A stretch of 64,000 nucleotides of DNA from Tubulanus polymorphus (taxonomy: Eukaryota; Animalia; Nemertea), in contig NC_134032.1 of NCBI RefSeq assembly GCF_964204645.1, positions 10,838,275-10,902,274 on the forward strand. Reading direction: 5' to 3'. The notes under the pieces are model-generated. The model worked only from the letters and a program-made list of their open reading frames with translations. It was not told the DNA's origin and did not search any database. The position numbers and the translations under genes are program-made. Shown here in pieces: positions 1 to 11,850 of the stretch (the first letter of the stretch is position 1; every line of letters starts with the position of its first letter).

Positions 1-31
1 AATCATCATACAATATTTCATTCACTTTCAG

Positions 32-364
32 ATGTTGCCGAACAGTCGCCCAGACGTGAACAACACGGTCGTATTGATCACAGACGGCGAAATTTACAAA
101 GGGAACGAGTTCATTAATATCGCAGAAGGTTTGTTGCTCGAGCAGGCGGATAAACTACGAAGCCCCAACACCCGCATCATCGGAGTCGGGGTCGGAGCAA
201 AACTGCCGGAATTCAGAGAGCAGTTGAAGAAAGTGGTCAGTCGTCCGGTGAGCGAAAACTACTTCGAAATAAAAGATTGGGAAAACGTCAAGAATTATAT
301 GGGGGAAGCGATCACGGCCACTTTGATATGCCCCCCGCCGTGCCGAATGAAATCATACAAATGA
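32..364 (+). CDS. Last coding exon of secreted vWA-domain protein, copy 1 (upstream exons outside window)
   Basis: tttcag acceptor directly before 32; VVLITDG (MIDAS Asp) and IIGVGVG motifs; near-identical to exon 5 of the complete copies. Confidence 0.9.
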   Translation: MLPNSRPDVNNTVVLITDGEIYKGNEFINIAEGLLLEQADKLRSPNTRIIGVGVGAKLPEFREQLKKVVSRPVSENYFEIKDWENVKNYMGEAITATLICPPPCRMKSYK

Positions 365-1485
365 ATCCTTTATCTGTTCATCTATATTCAGTCGTATTCC
401 GATGAAACGTCATATGAAATCAAACAATTAACGTAAACATTTACAAAAAAATCACTTTGTTATTGTCATCTCGTCTGGAGTTCATATCATATTTGCCCCT
501 GAAATATTACGGCAGAACGTGGCAGTCAAGGTCAAACGAAGCTCAATATTCTTACTCAACTTCAACTCAATTTAGATTAATTTCATAAGGAAGCATGTTT
601 TAGGAATATTAACTAACAGAACAAAAATGAAAATTGAGAAGGCTTTCACATGAGGGCCAAGCAAAGGCCGCTACAGCCAGCACCCAAGGAAAAACAAAAA
701 GATAGAAAACAAGAGAAGAGAGAAAGGACAATAAAAAAAGAATGAGGCCGAGTTAAGCGTGAGAGAGCCGTTTTGTTACAATATCATTGATCACTTGAGT
801 CAAATTAACTTAGGGTCAATGCGGACAACCTTCGCGCTCGTATCGAGCTGAAATATAAGATGATATTTTTTCTTACAGAGTACTTTTTTCAAGCTAGTTA
901 CTTTTTCTCAATTTCGACAAATCAAGGTATCTTAAAGGATGAAGGAATGGGATCGATGGTATACGTTCATGAGAATTTAGTTACGTAGTGAATATTCAGT
1001 AAAGATCGGTAATGTACTGTGTACCAGAAATCTTAAAAAAACCGTTCAACTGCTGGAAAAGAGTAAAATTGTCATACCACAGCGGAAATTGCACCAAAAT
1101 AAACAACCTAACTTTTCCCGTAATTAAGTGTGTTCCCGGAAAAAATCCCATTCATATCAATGAATTATAATCAATGAAAAGCTTTGTTATCAACTTTCAC
1201 TGAAAATATTACAAAGAAACACATTCGATAAAATCAGACATCATTTACCAAATCAAGAGGCCCCATTAGAGGCACATTAACAACGAGATGAAATCTTATT
1301 TGCACGGTGCGAAAAAATTACTTATCGTTTAAATGAAAATCGCAACCCCCGACCTGACTCTAAATGCAACTTCACCATAACTACTAGGGACAAATTTGGG
1401 CGAAATAAACGAAACCCTAATGTCACGTGTTAGCATCAACGCATTCTCCCTCGATAGGGATTCGTACCTGGTGGCACCGCTTATA

Positions 1486-1727
1486 GGGCGAACTTCGGTT
1501 ATCGGAGTTAGTCGACTATAGTCGAACTAAACGAAACCAAATGTCCGTTAGTCTGAACTATCGTCCGGATATGGTCGACCACGGGATTGGGCACGGTCGC
1601 TGTAGTTCCGACCCATTTCCATGGCCGAAAGTGTGAAATTTTACGTTACGACCGAACTATGGTTACCGAGCGTTCGGATATTAGTTCCGACCACTAGTCG
1701 ACTAGCTACGAAAACCGAAGTTGGCCC
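1486..1727. mobile_element. MITE with ~45-bp imperfect TIRs and TA flanks
   Basis: gggcgaacttcggttatcggagttagtcgacta versus tagtcgactagctacgaaaaccgaagttggccc, flanked by ta on both sides; copies at ~23773-24015 and ~55907-56146. Confidence 0.75.
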
Positions 1728-2151
1728 TATTGCAGTGGCAGCCCCGATGTCATCAGGGTCCTCTTATTATGTTTATTTGATTGGTTGATTTGGTGTGATT
1801 TGATTTTGTGTCCCTTACAAATCGATCACGCCTGCCGGGAACGAAACAGGGGGTTCGATTTTGAAATCGGAAATAAGAGTATAGCCAGTGAGACAGCATT
1901 TCGAGCAAGACGGTGAAATAATTGGAGGTGTTACATACAGATTAATCGAATGACTTGTTTAAATCTATTCACAAGCAACTTGTATAGTAACGAACCACAC
2001 GCAAAGTAAGGACTGAATTAGATTATCATAAATCTACAGTTGTTCTGGATACGATATGTATTACAAATGTTTTATATCGTGTTCGACTAAATACGTATTT
2101 TCTCAAGTGGCATCTACTTCAATCAGCGCACAATTTGACTCCGGCGTCTGC

Positions 2152-3168
2152 TCATTTCCTTCGCGGGCAACCTTTGAATGCAAGCGATCGGAATTTTTTA
2201 CTAGACAAACAGTAAACAACGAAATTGACGGAGGAATCAAGTTGAACAAACAGAGAGGCCATAAAGTAGAAATTAAGATTTGGGATAAAACCTTTGAACT
2301 TGAAAAAGTGAATTAGTAACTTGTGTAAAGCCATTGGCATTTCGAGTAAAGCAAAAGTTGTTACAACTGAAATCGCTAGTATAACAGGTTGGTTATCACT
2401 GATTTTATGAGTGCTCATTTCGGAGCGTCTTTTAGAAGCTATATACAGAGAAAATATTAGAATTACATTTGCAAGAGCTATTCCAAAAAATGGTGCAAAT
2501 ACACCCAATATGTGTATCACGTTAACCGTCTTTTCAATTCGGAGAGGGCGACTTACTGCTGTCCAAAAATTTCCTCTAAACGGGCAAAGAACGCTAACCA
2601 TTGCAACATCTCTAGTAAAATATTGCCAGACTTGAGAAGCGACACTCAAAATAACTATCAATAATAAACAAATGTTACACGTCGATTTAGTGCAGATAAT
2701 CCTAGATTTTAATGGAAAGAACACGACAATTAATCGTTCTAAACTGATCAACATTATAAGCAGATTCCTTATCATTTTCGAAATTTCTTGCACCAGGTTT
2801 GTGTGACGGGCTAGAAATGGACCAAGGAAACTGACGTTATATAAATAATAGATTTTTTGGCCGTACGAAAGCATGCTGTGGAAATACCTTCCAGACTTTG
2901 CAGTAGCCGTACCCAATAGAAACATATTATCCGCTATCGTTAGCAGACGTAAAATGTAATACGTGGTTATTACACTTTTAAAACGAAAGAGAACGAAATG
3001 TGTGTAAATATTAAGGAAGAATCCCGTAGTCCACACTACAGGTGAACAGTATAGGAGCACAATTATTCTGTTGGCGATTTCTTTATTGAACGGACAATCT
3101 TTTCCAACTGTAGCGTTTAGCCATGACGCATTTCCGCCGTCACTAATCGTCGGTGTTTTCAGCAACAT
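2152..3168 (-). CDS. Intronless class A GPCR, chimeric B/A type (338 aa; possible 56-aa N-terminal extension from ATG 3336)
   Basis: Seven hydrophobic segments; N-terminal NAS/NAT sequons; TM2 LTIADN, TM3 SLERL (DRY variant), TM6 LLEMP, TM7 DSSVNFVVY, helix 8 SKKFR. These motifs are typical of invertebrate FMRFamide/sex-peptide-receptor-like families. Confidence 0.92.
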   Translation of the reverse strand: MLLKTPTISDGGNASWLNATVGKDCPFNKEIANRIIVLLYCSPVVWTTGFFLNIYTHFVLFRFKSVITTYYILRLLTIADNMFLLGTATAKSGRYFHSMLSYGQKIYYLYNVSFLGPFLARHTNLVQEISKMIRNLLIMLISLERLIVVFFPLKSRIICTKSTCNICLLLIVILSVASQVWQYFTRDVAMVSVLCPFRGNFWTAVSRPLRIEKTVNVIHILGVFAPFFGIALANVILIFSLYIASKRRSEMSTHKISDNQPVILAISVVTTFALLEMPMALHKLLIHFFKFKGFIPNLNFYFMASLFVQLDSSVNFVVYCLSSKKFRSLAFKGCPRRK

Positions 3169-4156
3169 ACCGAACGAGAGTCCGCGTCTGATATACTTTC
3201 GACGATTAATGAAATAATCAGTGAATGGTCGCACACACGTTCTCACTAGTAGAATCCCGGAAAAAAGGTTAATCGTATCTAATTTACATCGCTTCCTCGA
3301 CACAGCGCAATCGTTTGAAGCAACATTTTCATTCATCTATTAATTCGTATACCATAATCTGTATGTCTGATATAATTCAAATATAGACATATTTATATTC
3401 TGACGTAGACCGCAGTCAGAATGTTTCTATTTATCAACGTACGACGTTTGTACTAATATCGATGAATTGTAACTTTCAGATATTAGCAGATTCAATATTC
3501 CTTTTACAGTCCTGAGCTTAAGGTTGCGCTCAGTATACTGCGTGTAGACCTACTGAGAGCTCGCGTCAAAACATGTGTCGCAATATGTACCACTGGCACT
3601 CAGATTCAGTGAAGACTCAGAACGACGCAGAATCGTTGACATTCAAAAGCGACAAACAGGTATCGACCCAATACATGATGATGGCACTAGTGACTTCAAC
3701 GATCTCATCATAAAGTTGTATACCACTATTACTTCATAACCATACAATGCACCTACATACAAATTTGTATTGTATACAAATTTTTCTCTATTAGGCAATA
3801 GGATAGGCTCGTATGCTGGGCTGCTGCATCTTCGTGGGAAAACATATTCTAAATTTTTTCAGACAATTCATCATATTCAAAGAAAATGAATTCACTCGGC
3901 AACGTGCAGCTTTAATGACAGTGTATACACATTTCGCTACAACAAGTTGGTTGCCTTTCAAATTCTGCGCACCTGCATTCGCAATCAGAATACTAACTTT
4001 TCTTATATTTCAAACTAGTTCTCAACAAAGCTTTATATAATTTACTTTTTGATAGAATTTCAGGCACTAGTAAAATGGGTCTACTTTGTGTCAACGAAAG
4101 ATATTAAACATAGCCGCAAAGCAGCGATATCGGGTTTTCTGACTTGAAATAAAAGC

Positions 4157-4707
4157 CGCATACCGGGGTATGAATCATTGAAACTTTCGCAACCCGGGTA
4201 AAAATACTTGAAACCCTCGCATACCGGGAAAAATCTTTGAAACCCTCGCATACCGGGATAAGAATCATTGAAACCCTCGCATACTGGGGTAAGAATCATT
4301 GAAACCCTCGCATACCGGGGTAAGAATCATTGAAACTTCGGCAAACCGGGTAAAAATCATTGAAACCCTCGCATACCGGGGTAAAAATCTTTGAAACCCT
4401 CGCATACCGGGGTAAAAATCTTTGAAACCCTCGCATATCGGGGTAAGAATCATTGAAACCCTCGCATACCGGGGTAAGAATCATTGAAACCCTCGCATAC
4501 CGGGGTAAGAATCATTGAAACCCTCGCATACCGGGGCAAGAATCATTGAAACCCTCGCATACCGGGGTAAGAATCATTGAAACCCTCGCATACCGGGGTA
4601 AGAATAATTGAAAGACACGCATACCGGGGTATGAATCATTGAAACCCACGCATACCGGGGTAAGAATCATTGAAACCCTCGCATACCGGGGTAAGAATCA
4701 TTGAAAT
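4157..4707. repeat. 31-bp minisatellite (ttgaaaccctcgcataccggggtaagaatca), ~18 units
   Basis: Head-to-tail units without spacers; paralogous arrays at ~27329-27910 and ~60257-60900 are longer. Confidence 0.95.
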
Positions 4708-4734
4708 GTAAGAGAATCGGGTTTATACATTTCA

Positions 4735-5150
4735 AGGGCCAGCTTCACAAAAACGGCTCATTTGCGAGCTGAACCGAGGGTTGGTCAATAATGCGAGCGT
4801 TTCAATCAGTTTTTAGAAGCCTGCAGTTTCATAGAATGAGTTTAGAATATTTAATCCCAGGGATCAGTTCACAGTGATGGCTTTAGGTTTGAGACCAGTC
4901 CAAGACCAGTTTCGTTCTATATACTGGTCTTAAGTTGTTAGATTGGTTATCTAACAACTTGAGACCGGTCTAAGCTCAGTTCGGACAACATCGTGCAACT
5001 GTCCCCTTGGATTCGTTTCACAAATATGATACATGAATTGTTTTTGTCAAACTGGACCCTCGGCTTAGTTTCATTTCATAAAACTTTACTCAATTCTTAA
5101 TTTCTTAATCGTGCCGAGTTGATCATTTTTTATGAAACTGAACCCTTGGG
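4735..5150. mobile_element. Cluster of short MITE-like elements (ggg(a/c)ccagtt(t)cac...gaaactg(g/a)accc-type ends)
   Basis: gggatcagttcacagtgatg (~4860) pairs with catcgtgcaactgtcccc (~5006), with an internal palindrome aagttgttaga...tctaacaactt; further similar ends near 4736, 5070 and 5135. Confidence 0.5.
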
Positions 5151-5565
5151 ATGTGATTTATATAGGTTTATCATGTGTGACGCCGAGTCTATGAAACTGC
5201 TGGCGTCTGTAATCACAACTAGAACAACAGAGAAAACATATATTTATTTCAAATAAAACCATTCAACAGTTCATACAAAATCAAGTCCAATACCCATGAT
5301 AAAGAATCCTGTTGATGTATCAGCTATTAGATTTTTGATCGTGGGACACGTCTTGGCACATCGTACAAAATAGGTCAATTTACATTATTAATCATTAAGC
5401 AAATTAATTCAAGTTCACCCGGAACAAAACAGTTGAACCGGGTCCTGGGATACAAACAATTACAAACATACTGCTATTACATGGAGCGCGTAAAGTATCC
5501 AACGCCCTTGATCCATCTCAGAAAGGCCATCATTAATCCTCAATTCAATTTTCAGTGGCAATCAA

Positions 5566-5872
5566 AATGAGATTGAAACCCACTATATATAAATCTAATT
5601 AAAATCAAATAAAGACGTTTCGGAGTCTCTCTAGAGACCATCGTGAAGAAATAACTAGAACACAGGGAAAATATAGAGGAAAGAACATGTTAATTGAGAA
5701 GTAAAGAAAGTAGGTTATTTTGTGCTTATAGGTTGAGAGGTTTTGTTATTTTGTGCGTAGGTTGTTCTGGTTATTTCTTCATTCACTCCATCTATCTCTT
5801 GATTTTGAAGAAAAATGAATAAATTTCGTGCTTAATCACTTGAATTTCTATATAGTGGGTTCCAATATCATT
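5566..5872. mobile_element. Imperfect ~305-bp palindrome, Penelope-like terminal relic
   Basis: Arms aatgagattgaaacccactatata / tatatagtgggttccaatatcatt and gaagaaataactagaac / gttctggttatttcttc; the - strand has cacgatgg-tctc-taga-gaga-ctccgaaacgtc, resembling a degenerate hammerhead core. Confidence 0.45.
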
Positions 5873-8800
5873 CTTATAATCTATTACCCCCGTATGAGGC
5901 TATGGGAGCTGCTCATTCTTCTGGAAAAATGACGTTACAGCTTTGAGACGAATGAGGGGGTGACTCCATTGTTTTTATAGATATGTGGTACGCAGTCTAT
6001 GAAACCATCACAAACAGAACAACCGTAGCCTGCCAAAACCGGCCGGCACAATTAAACAATATTCATTTGGCTTAAAACTTCAAAATAGATCTAGGGATGA
6101 TAAAGCAGATTTCTGAATAAAATGCAGCATATCGATCTCCCTGCAGGTAGATGGCTGGTCTCTATCAGATGGCCTATTGGTACTTACTTCGTCCTGGAAT
6201 AAAGAGAAAATTGCATCAAGTGGAAATTGTTCTATGAAATATCATAAGTATAGTAGTGATGACATGACAACACAGCAACACACATAGCATTGAGGTAATG
6301 ACCCGGAAGTTAGTCAGAAAGGAATTACCAAGCATCTTTTGAATGGGGTATATCTGATAAATAATAAGTTCAAGCTCAAGATGATGAGGGTTTAGTTTGA
6401 ATTCAGCTACAGGAAAATAAAAATTTTAGAATAGAAGTAAGATACGTGCTCTAGATGGTCTACATATTGGGCAGCTAGCTGAGTCCCCTGAAAATAATTA
6501 ACACCTTCATAGTTCTAACATGGACTCTGCAGGATAGAAGCGATTGAAAATTCACCTTCACTGATTGATGTAGTTCTATGGTGTTTAATTCTGGTGGAAT
6601 GAATTAAAATTCTCCAATGTTTCTAGCGCAGAAGTAATTCATTCTATGTGTTGAGCTGGATGATCAAAAAAAAGGCTTTTTTTCAGGAAATGACTTTATA
6701 CATTTACAGTCTAATAGCTGCTATAGTAAAGAGACTGGAATCTGCAGACATATTTACCTGTACTTGTTCTGAAGTGTGACTTTCTAAAAGCGATATCCAT
6801 CATTTACAAATGTTCGGGGAATTCACAATGATTACTGTTCACAGATTTGTCAAAGGTTCCAATCATTTTTCCTCCTTTCAGCTTTATTCTGTCAATAGAG
6901 AATTGGTTTTTGCGGAATAAAGAAACATGTCGTGTGAGTCTGCTATTCAGAAAATTACCATCTTTCATACTTGTTTTGATTACTGTAGTATATCGTCCAC
7001 GGTATTCCCCAGTAAAATTGATTGCGGATTCAGCAGCAGCCGCATTTCCTACAAAGCATTCGAGAGAATCACACATGAAAATAATGTACGGAGTAACTAA
7101 TTGTAAGGTTATTATCAAATTAGAGGAAAACTCACCATTTTAAAACTATCGGATGAATTAAGTTACCATTTTGACTATGCAGACAATTTTCGGCAGGATT
7201 TCACCTCTAAGAGCCATATTGCCATATAGTTAAGAGCACTGATGATTTCCTGAAAAAAAATGAACGTATAATTGTTAAACCGTACAGTATAACAAGTGAG
7301 CACTAGGTTGAATTGTTTAGAGAATATTACTTAGTTTCTTTTTTTAAACGAATGATAGCTGTTTCAGCAACTTCTTCACTCATTGACGGTGAATATTCTT
7401 TTGGTCTTTACACCTGCAATTCGTGTTGGGTGCATCGCATTCTGGAAGGAGAAAATTATGCCAAAACATGATTATTAGTGTGATGAATAGAATTTGCAGA
7501 TTGTTCGTGTTCGATTGCAAGAAAACCCACCAGATTATTGAGTATAGTTTATCACAATGTGTTGAGTGTATACAGATTTCTGAGGGGGTCTGATGGTGGC
7601 TATCGACTGTCCTCTAGGAAAGCATTGATACCTGCTGACATTGACCGATCAAAAACCAACCATTTTCCTGACTTTATTCGACTTTATACATCTATTGAAT
7701 CTATTGATAACAGACAAATGTTAAATATAGTTATAAACTGATAAATCACCACAAATTACTGCGATAAATCAATAGAAAACTCACCGCTTATGAATTGTAT
7801 CTGATTCTAGAGCGCAAGGTTTACTGTTTGAACATTGCTAAGGTTCAACTTCATTTTGGCCCCTAAAATACAAATGCTGTATAGACGTATCTCACCCCTG
7901 AAAATGTATATATGCATGAGGAACATGATCACCTTGATGATGTTATCTTTGACCAGGATATTGAAAATTCACCTTCACTGATTAATGTAGTTCCATTGTG
8001 TTTAATTCTGGTAAAACGATTTCAAGTTCTCAACTGTTTCTATAGCTCAGAAGTAATTCATTCTATTGAACTGGACGGCCATAAAAGAAAAGATTTGTTT
8101 AGGAAATGGCGTCATACATTTACAGTCAAAACAAACTAGTATAGAGACTGAAATGCGCAGAGATAATTACCGGTACTTGTTCTGGGGTGTGACTATCTAA
8201 AAGCGATGTCCATGAAAATGTTCGGTGAATTCGAAATGTTTGCTGTTTGCAGATTTGTCTTGCATCTGACTTTTTTTGCAGAAATCTGTGTGTGAGGAGG
8301 ATCTTTATCAAGTTGATCTTAAGCGTAAATTCTGGTGCTGTGTAGATTTCATTCTGTAAAGAGAAAATTGATTTGTGAAATAAAGAGATATCACGTGTGA
8401 GTCTGCTATTCAGAAAATTACTATTTATCTTACTTGTTTCGATTATTGTAGCAGCTTTGTCCACATTCTTTTCCATATTACTTCCTGAGTAGAATTGATT
8501 GGGTATTCAGCAGCCGCATTTCTTAAAGCATTCGAGAGAATCACACATAATATTACTTTATTGAATGATTAATTTTTATGTCATTTTCAAATTAGAAAAC
8601 TCACCAATTCCAATATTTCGGATGAGTTAAGTGCCGTTTTGACCCTGCAGACAATTTTCAGCAGTATTTCACTTCCTTTAGCCATAATGTCATAATGTTA
8701 GGAGCATTGATGATTTCCTGAAGAAAATGAACATATAGAAAATTTAACCCTTCAGTTAAAACAAGGGAGTACATGGTAGAATTGTGTTTAGAAAATTACT

Positions 8801-9914
8801 TAGTTTCTTTAAGAAAATAAGAGCAGTTTCAGCAACGAGCTTCTTCATTATTTGATAGGCTGAACATTCTTGATTTTTACAGCTGCAATTTGTGTTTGGT
8901 GCATCGCATTCTGGAAAGAGGAAATTATGCCAGGAAATGATTAGTAAAATAGATAGAATTTGCAGCTTGTTTGTGTTCGATTGACAGAAAACCCACTAGG
9001 TTTTTGAGTAGTTAATGACAATGTGTTCAGTGTATGCAGATTTCTGAGGGGTCTGATGGCAGCTTTAGACAGTCATGTACGAAAGCATTGATACCTGCTG
9101 ACATCGACCGATCAAACCATTTTCCTGACTCCTGTCTCCTGACTTGATTTGGAGATGAATCTACTGAAACCGGACAAAAAGAAATAGCTTTTAGTTGATA
9201 AATCATCAAAAATTACTGGAATAAATGAATCGAAAACTCACCAAATCTGACTTGTATTTGATTCGTAGAGCGCGATATTTATTGTTTGGGATTTGTTGAG
9301 GTTCAGCTTCAATTTAGTCCCTAAAATAGAATTGTTGAATAGAAGCATACATAGGTTGTTCTAGAATAAGAGCAGTTTCAAATTAAATCAATAACTGACG
9401 ATTTTCCTCAGTTTTGTAGGGTATATTTCATGTTAAGACCAGAATTCGTAGATATTCCAAAATTCCTATTGCCCTGTCCACTACAAACGTGGATGAAAAA
9501 CAAAAGGCCCTCTACAATCTCAATTTTGATCTGGACATGATTGAAAACTCACCACGAATTGATAGAATAATTTATCTCTTGATGAATATTCGTGCAGTTG
9601 CTGCTGCTGTAGAAATTTATAACTAACCTTCAAATAGAAAATTCTATTGCGTGTATTTCATTCTGAAAAGAAAAAGAAACCATCATCAGTGACAATAGAG
9701 CAACCAGTAACATCTCAAAGTTAGCAATCAATCAGAAAGTATAGCATTTCTCTAGAGTTAACTGCTGTAGATATCAGACTGATTGAACAGTTACAGATGT
9801 AACATCGAGTGCAGATACGGAGTACAGGTCACTGCACGAACTTCAGTGATTTGTTTTCATATCTTCCGCCGTCCGTCCGACTAAAACATCGTAACAGTTC
9901 AACTCACCTAACCT

Positions 9915-10260
9915 CCCTACCCGACCCTCCCTCATCCCATCCCTCCCGCCCTCCCTCGCCCCATCCCTCCCGCCCTCCCTCACCCCATCCCTCCCACCCT
10001 CCCTCAGCCCTTCCCTCCCACCCTCCCAGACCCCTCCCCTCCCGCCCTCCCTCACCCCATCCCTCCCACCCTCCCTCGCCCCTTCCCTCCCACCCTCCCA
10101 GACCCCTTCCCTCCCGCCCGCCCTCACCCCTTCCCTCCCACCCTCCCTCACCCCACCTCTCCCACCCTCCCTCACCCCACCCCTCCCACCCTCCATCCCC
10201 TTCCCTACTGCCCTCCCGCCTAGCCCTCCCTCAATGCCTTCCCTCCTAGCCCTCCCATCT
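9915..10260. repeat. 24-bp C-rich minisatellite (ccctcccaccctccctcacccctt)
   Basis: Visible periodicity; the paralog at ~33078-33520 is 96 bp (4 units) longer. Confidence 0.9.
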
Positions 10261-11519
10261 GGCCTCATGTCCCCACAAAAGCCTCATCAACTCTTTCTCC
10301 TCTGACATCACTAAACTCTACAATAACTTCAAAACGATTCGCCATTTTTCACAATCATAGGAAATTCATTAACAATTCGATATCCTTAATCGATTGCATC
10401 ATTTACGAGACTCGGAGATGGAAACGTTCAAAGGATCTCTTTATCGAGGAATTCATTCAAATTATTCCTTTCCATTATTTCTTCGTACAATTCCAATCAG
10501 TTTCTTTAATCATTGAATCAATTTCAAGTTTCGGTTTACTGATAAGATTTTCACGGGACGAGTTTGAGTTGTAGAGGCGTTTATCTGCGGATTATCAAAC
10601 CAAACCCAAGAAACTCAACAATGTTGTAAGGTATGTAGGTGTAATGGGTTCACCTGAACCATCGACCAACCTACAATGCTTTGAGGAGGGCTAACACAAA
10701 CCAACGACCAGAATGACGGCTGATTCAGATAGATCCAAACAAATAAGGCTATTTATTCAACATGTCATCACTCACATTATGAAACCATTAGGGACAGTGG
10801 ATAGTCAGATTAAACATCTCCAGAACTTCTACTAGAGGCTTTACAACAGCAAGTTTTTTTTTCATGGAATCCTATTCATGATATTTACTAATTAATGCAA
10901 AATGTTTGATTGTTACACTTAAACCCAGCGGAACAAATTAAAATCCAGCCATATTTCATTACCTGCCATTTTACTTTTTTTACTCTTTGTTGCGAACATT
11001 TTAAAACACAGAGAAGTTTTCTCTGATATTAAGTGCTTTCTGTTTTTGAGTCGAGGTAGGAATAGACCCCTGCCCGCTCGCTAAGCCAGCAGGACACTAA
11101 ACCTTCGAATTGCTCTCAGACCCCACTCTTTATATCAGCATTTTATGCCGTTCTATTTTATGACAGAAGCTCACACGTTCGCTTTATTTCTTTTTCTTTT
11201 CATATGGCTTTCGTTTTTTTTTAAATGGCTTTTCTTATTTATCGGCTCACTGGCACTCGTCAGTTCCGACTGGGATCAAGTATAATCTCAAGTGTAAATC
11301 AAGACAAATAATAGTCAGTGACACTAACATAAATATGTTAGTTGATTTAGAGAATGCCACCAAGTTGCTAATAAAACCACTAGTAGAAGCACTGATATAC
11401 AAAACATATGATTCTTTCCTTTACGACGTCACTTATAGTTCCACGTAAATCATTTCATTCTCGAACTTAGATATATAAATTATGTTTCTATTGAATCCTA
11501 TGGCTTTTTAGACCTTTCA

Positions 11520-11850
11520 TTCATAGCCGTGGTTTGGTGATCATGGACTCAAAGTTTGGTTGATGACCCTGGTTCGGTGATCATAGAGTCAAAATTTAGT
11601 TCATGGCCCTGGTTTGGGGACCATAGACTTTGAGCTGGAGACCTAGAGGCAGAGTTTGCTTCATGGCCACGATTTGGGGAATGGAGAGTTGTTTGGTCAC
11701 CACGGAGGCTACTGAAAATTTGGTTTTGAGTTTTGGACCATATGGGTTAAATTTCGTTCGTGGCTTTGGTTTGATAATCCGAGAATAAGGTTGGCTCATA
11801 GCCCTCATAAAAGATAAATTAGTTTCATGGCCCTGGTTTGGTAACTATAC
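11520..11850. repeat. Degenerate tandem repeat (core ttcatggccctggtttgg)
   Basis: Core recurs about 7 times at ~35-45 bp spacing. Confidence 0.6.

Noticed and set aside
2056-2635. + strand ORFs overlapping the GPCRs (also 24343, 24698, 56392, 56747, 58497)
   Set aside because: Antisense shadows of the GPCR CDS, conserved only because of recent duplication.
4081-4484. MILTPVCEGFNDSYPG ORFs
   Set aside because: Translations of the 31-bp repeat.
4157-4707. CRISPR array (units contain ATTGAAAC, like many CRISPR repeat ends)
   Set aside because: Units are head-to-tail with no unique spacers, there are no cas genes, and the context is eukaryotic; it is a minisatellite.
6000-9700. Degenerate LINE/Penelope ORF (TRIKHH resembles a GIY-YIG segment)
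   Set aside because: No RT motifs; regular splice signals and module comparison favour a different frame and an intron-containing gene.
9809-10268. Pro/Ser/His-rich and Gly/Arg/Glu-rich ORFs (also 12610, 32972, 33006, 35850, 35923)
   Set aside because: By-products of the stop-free 24-bp C-rich minisatellite inside a TIR element.
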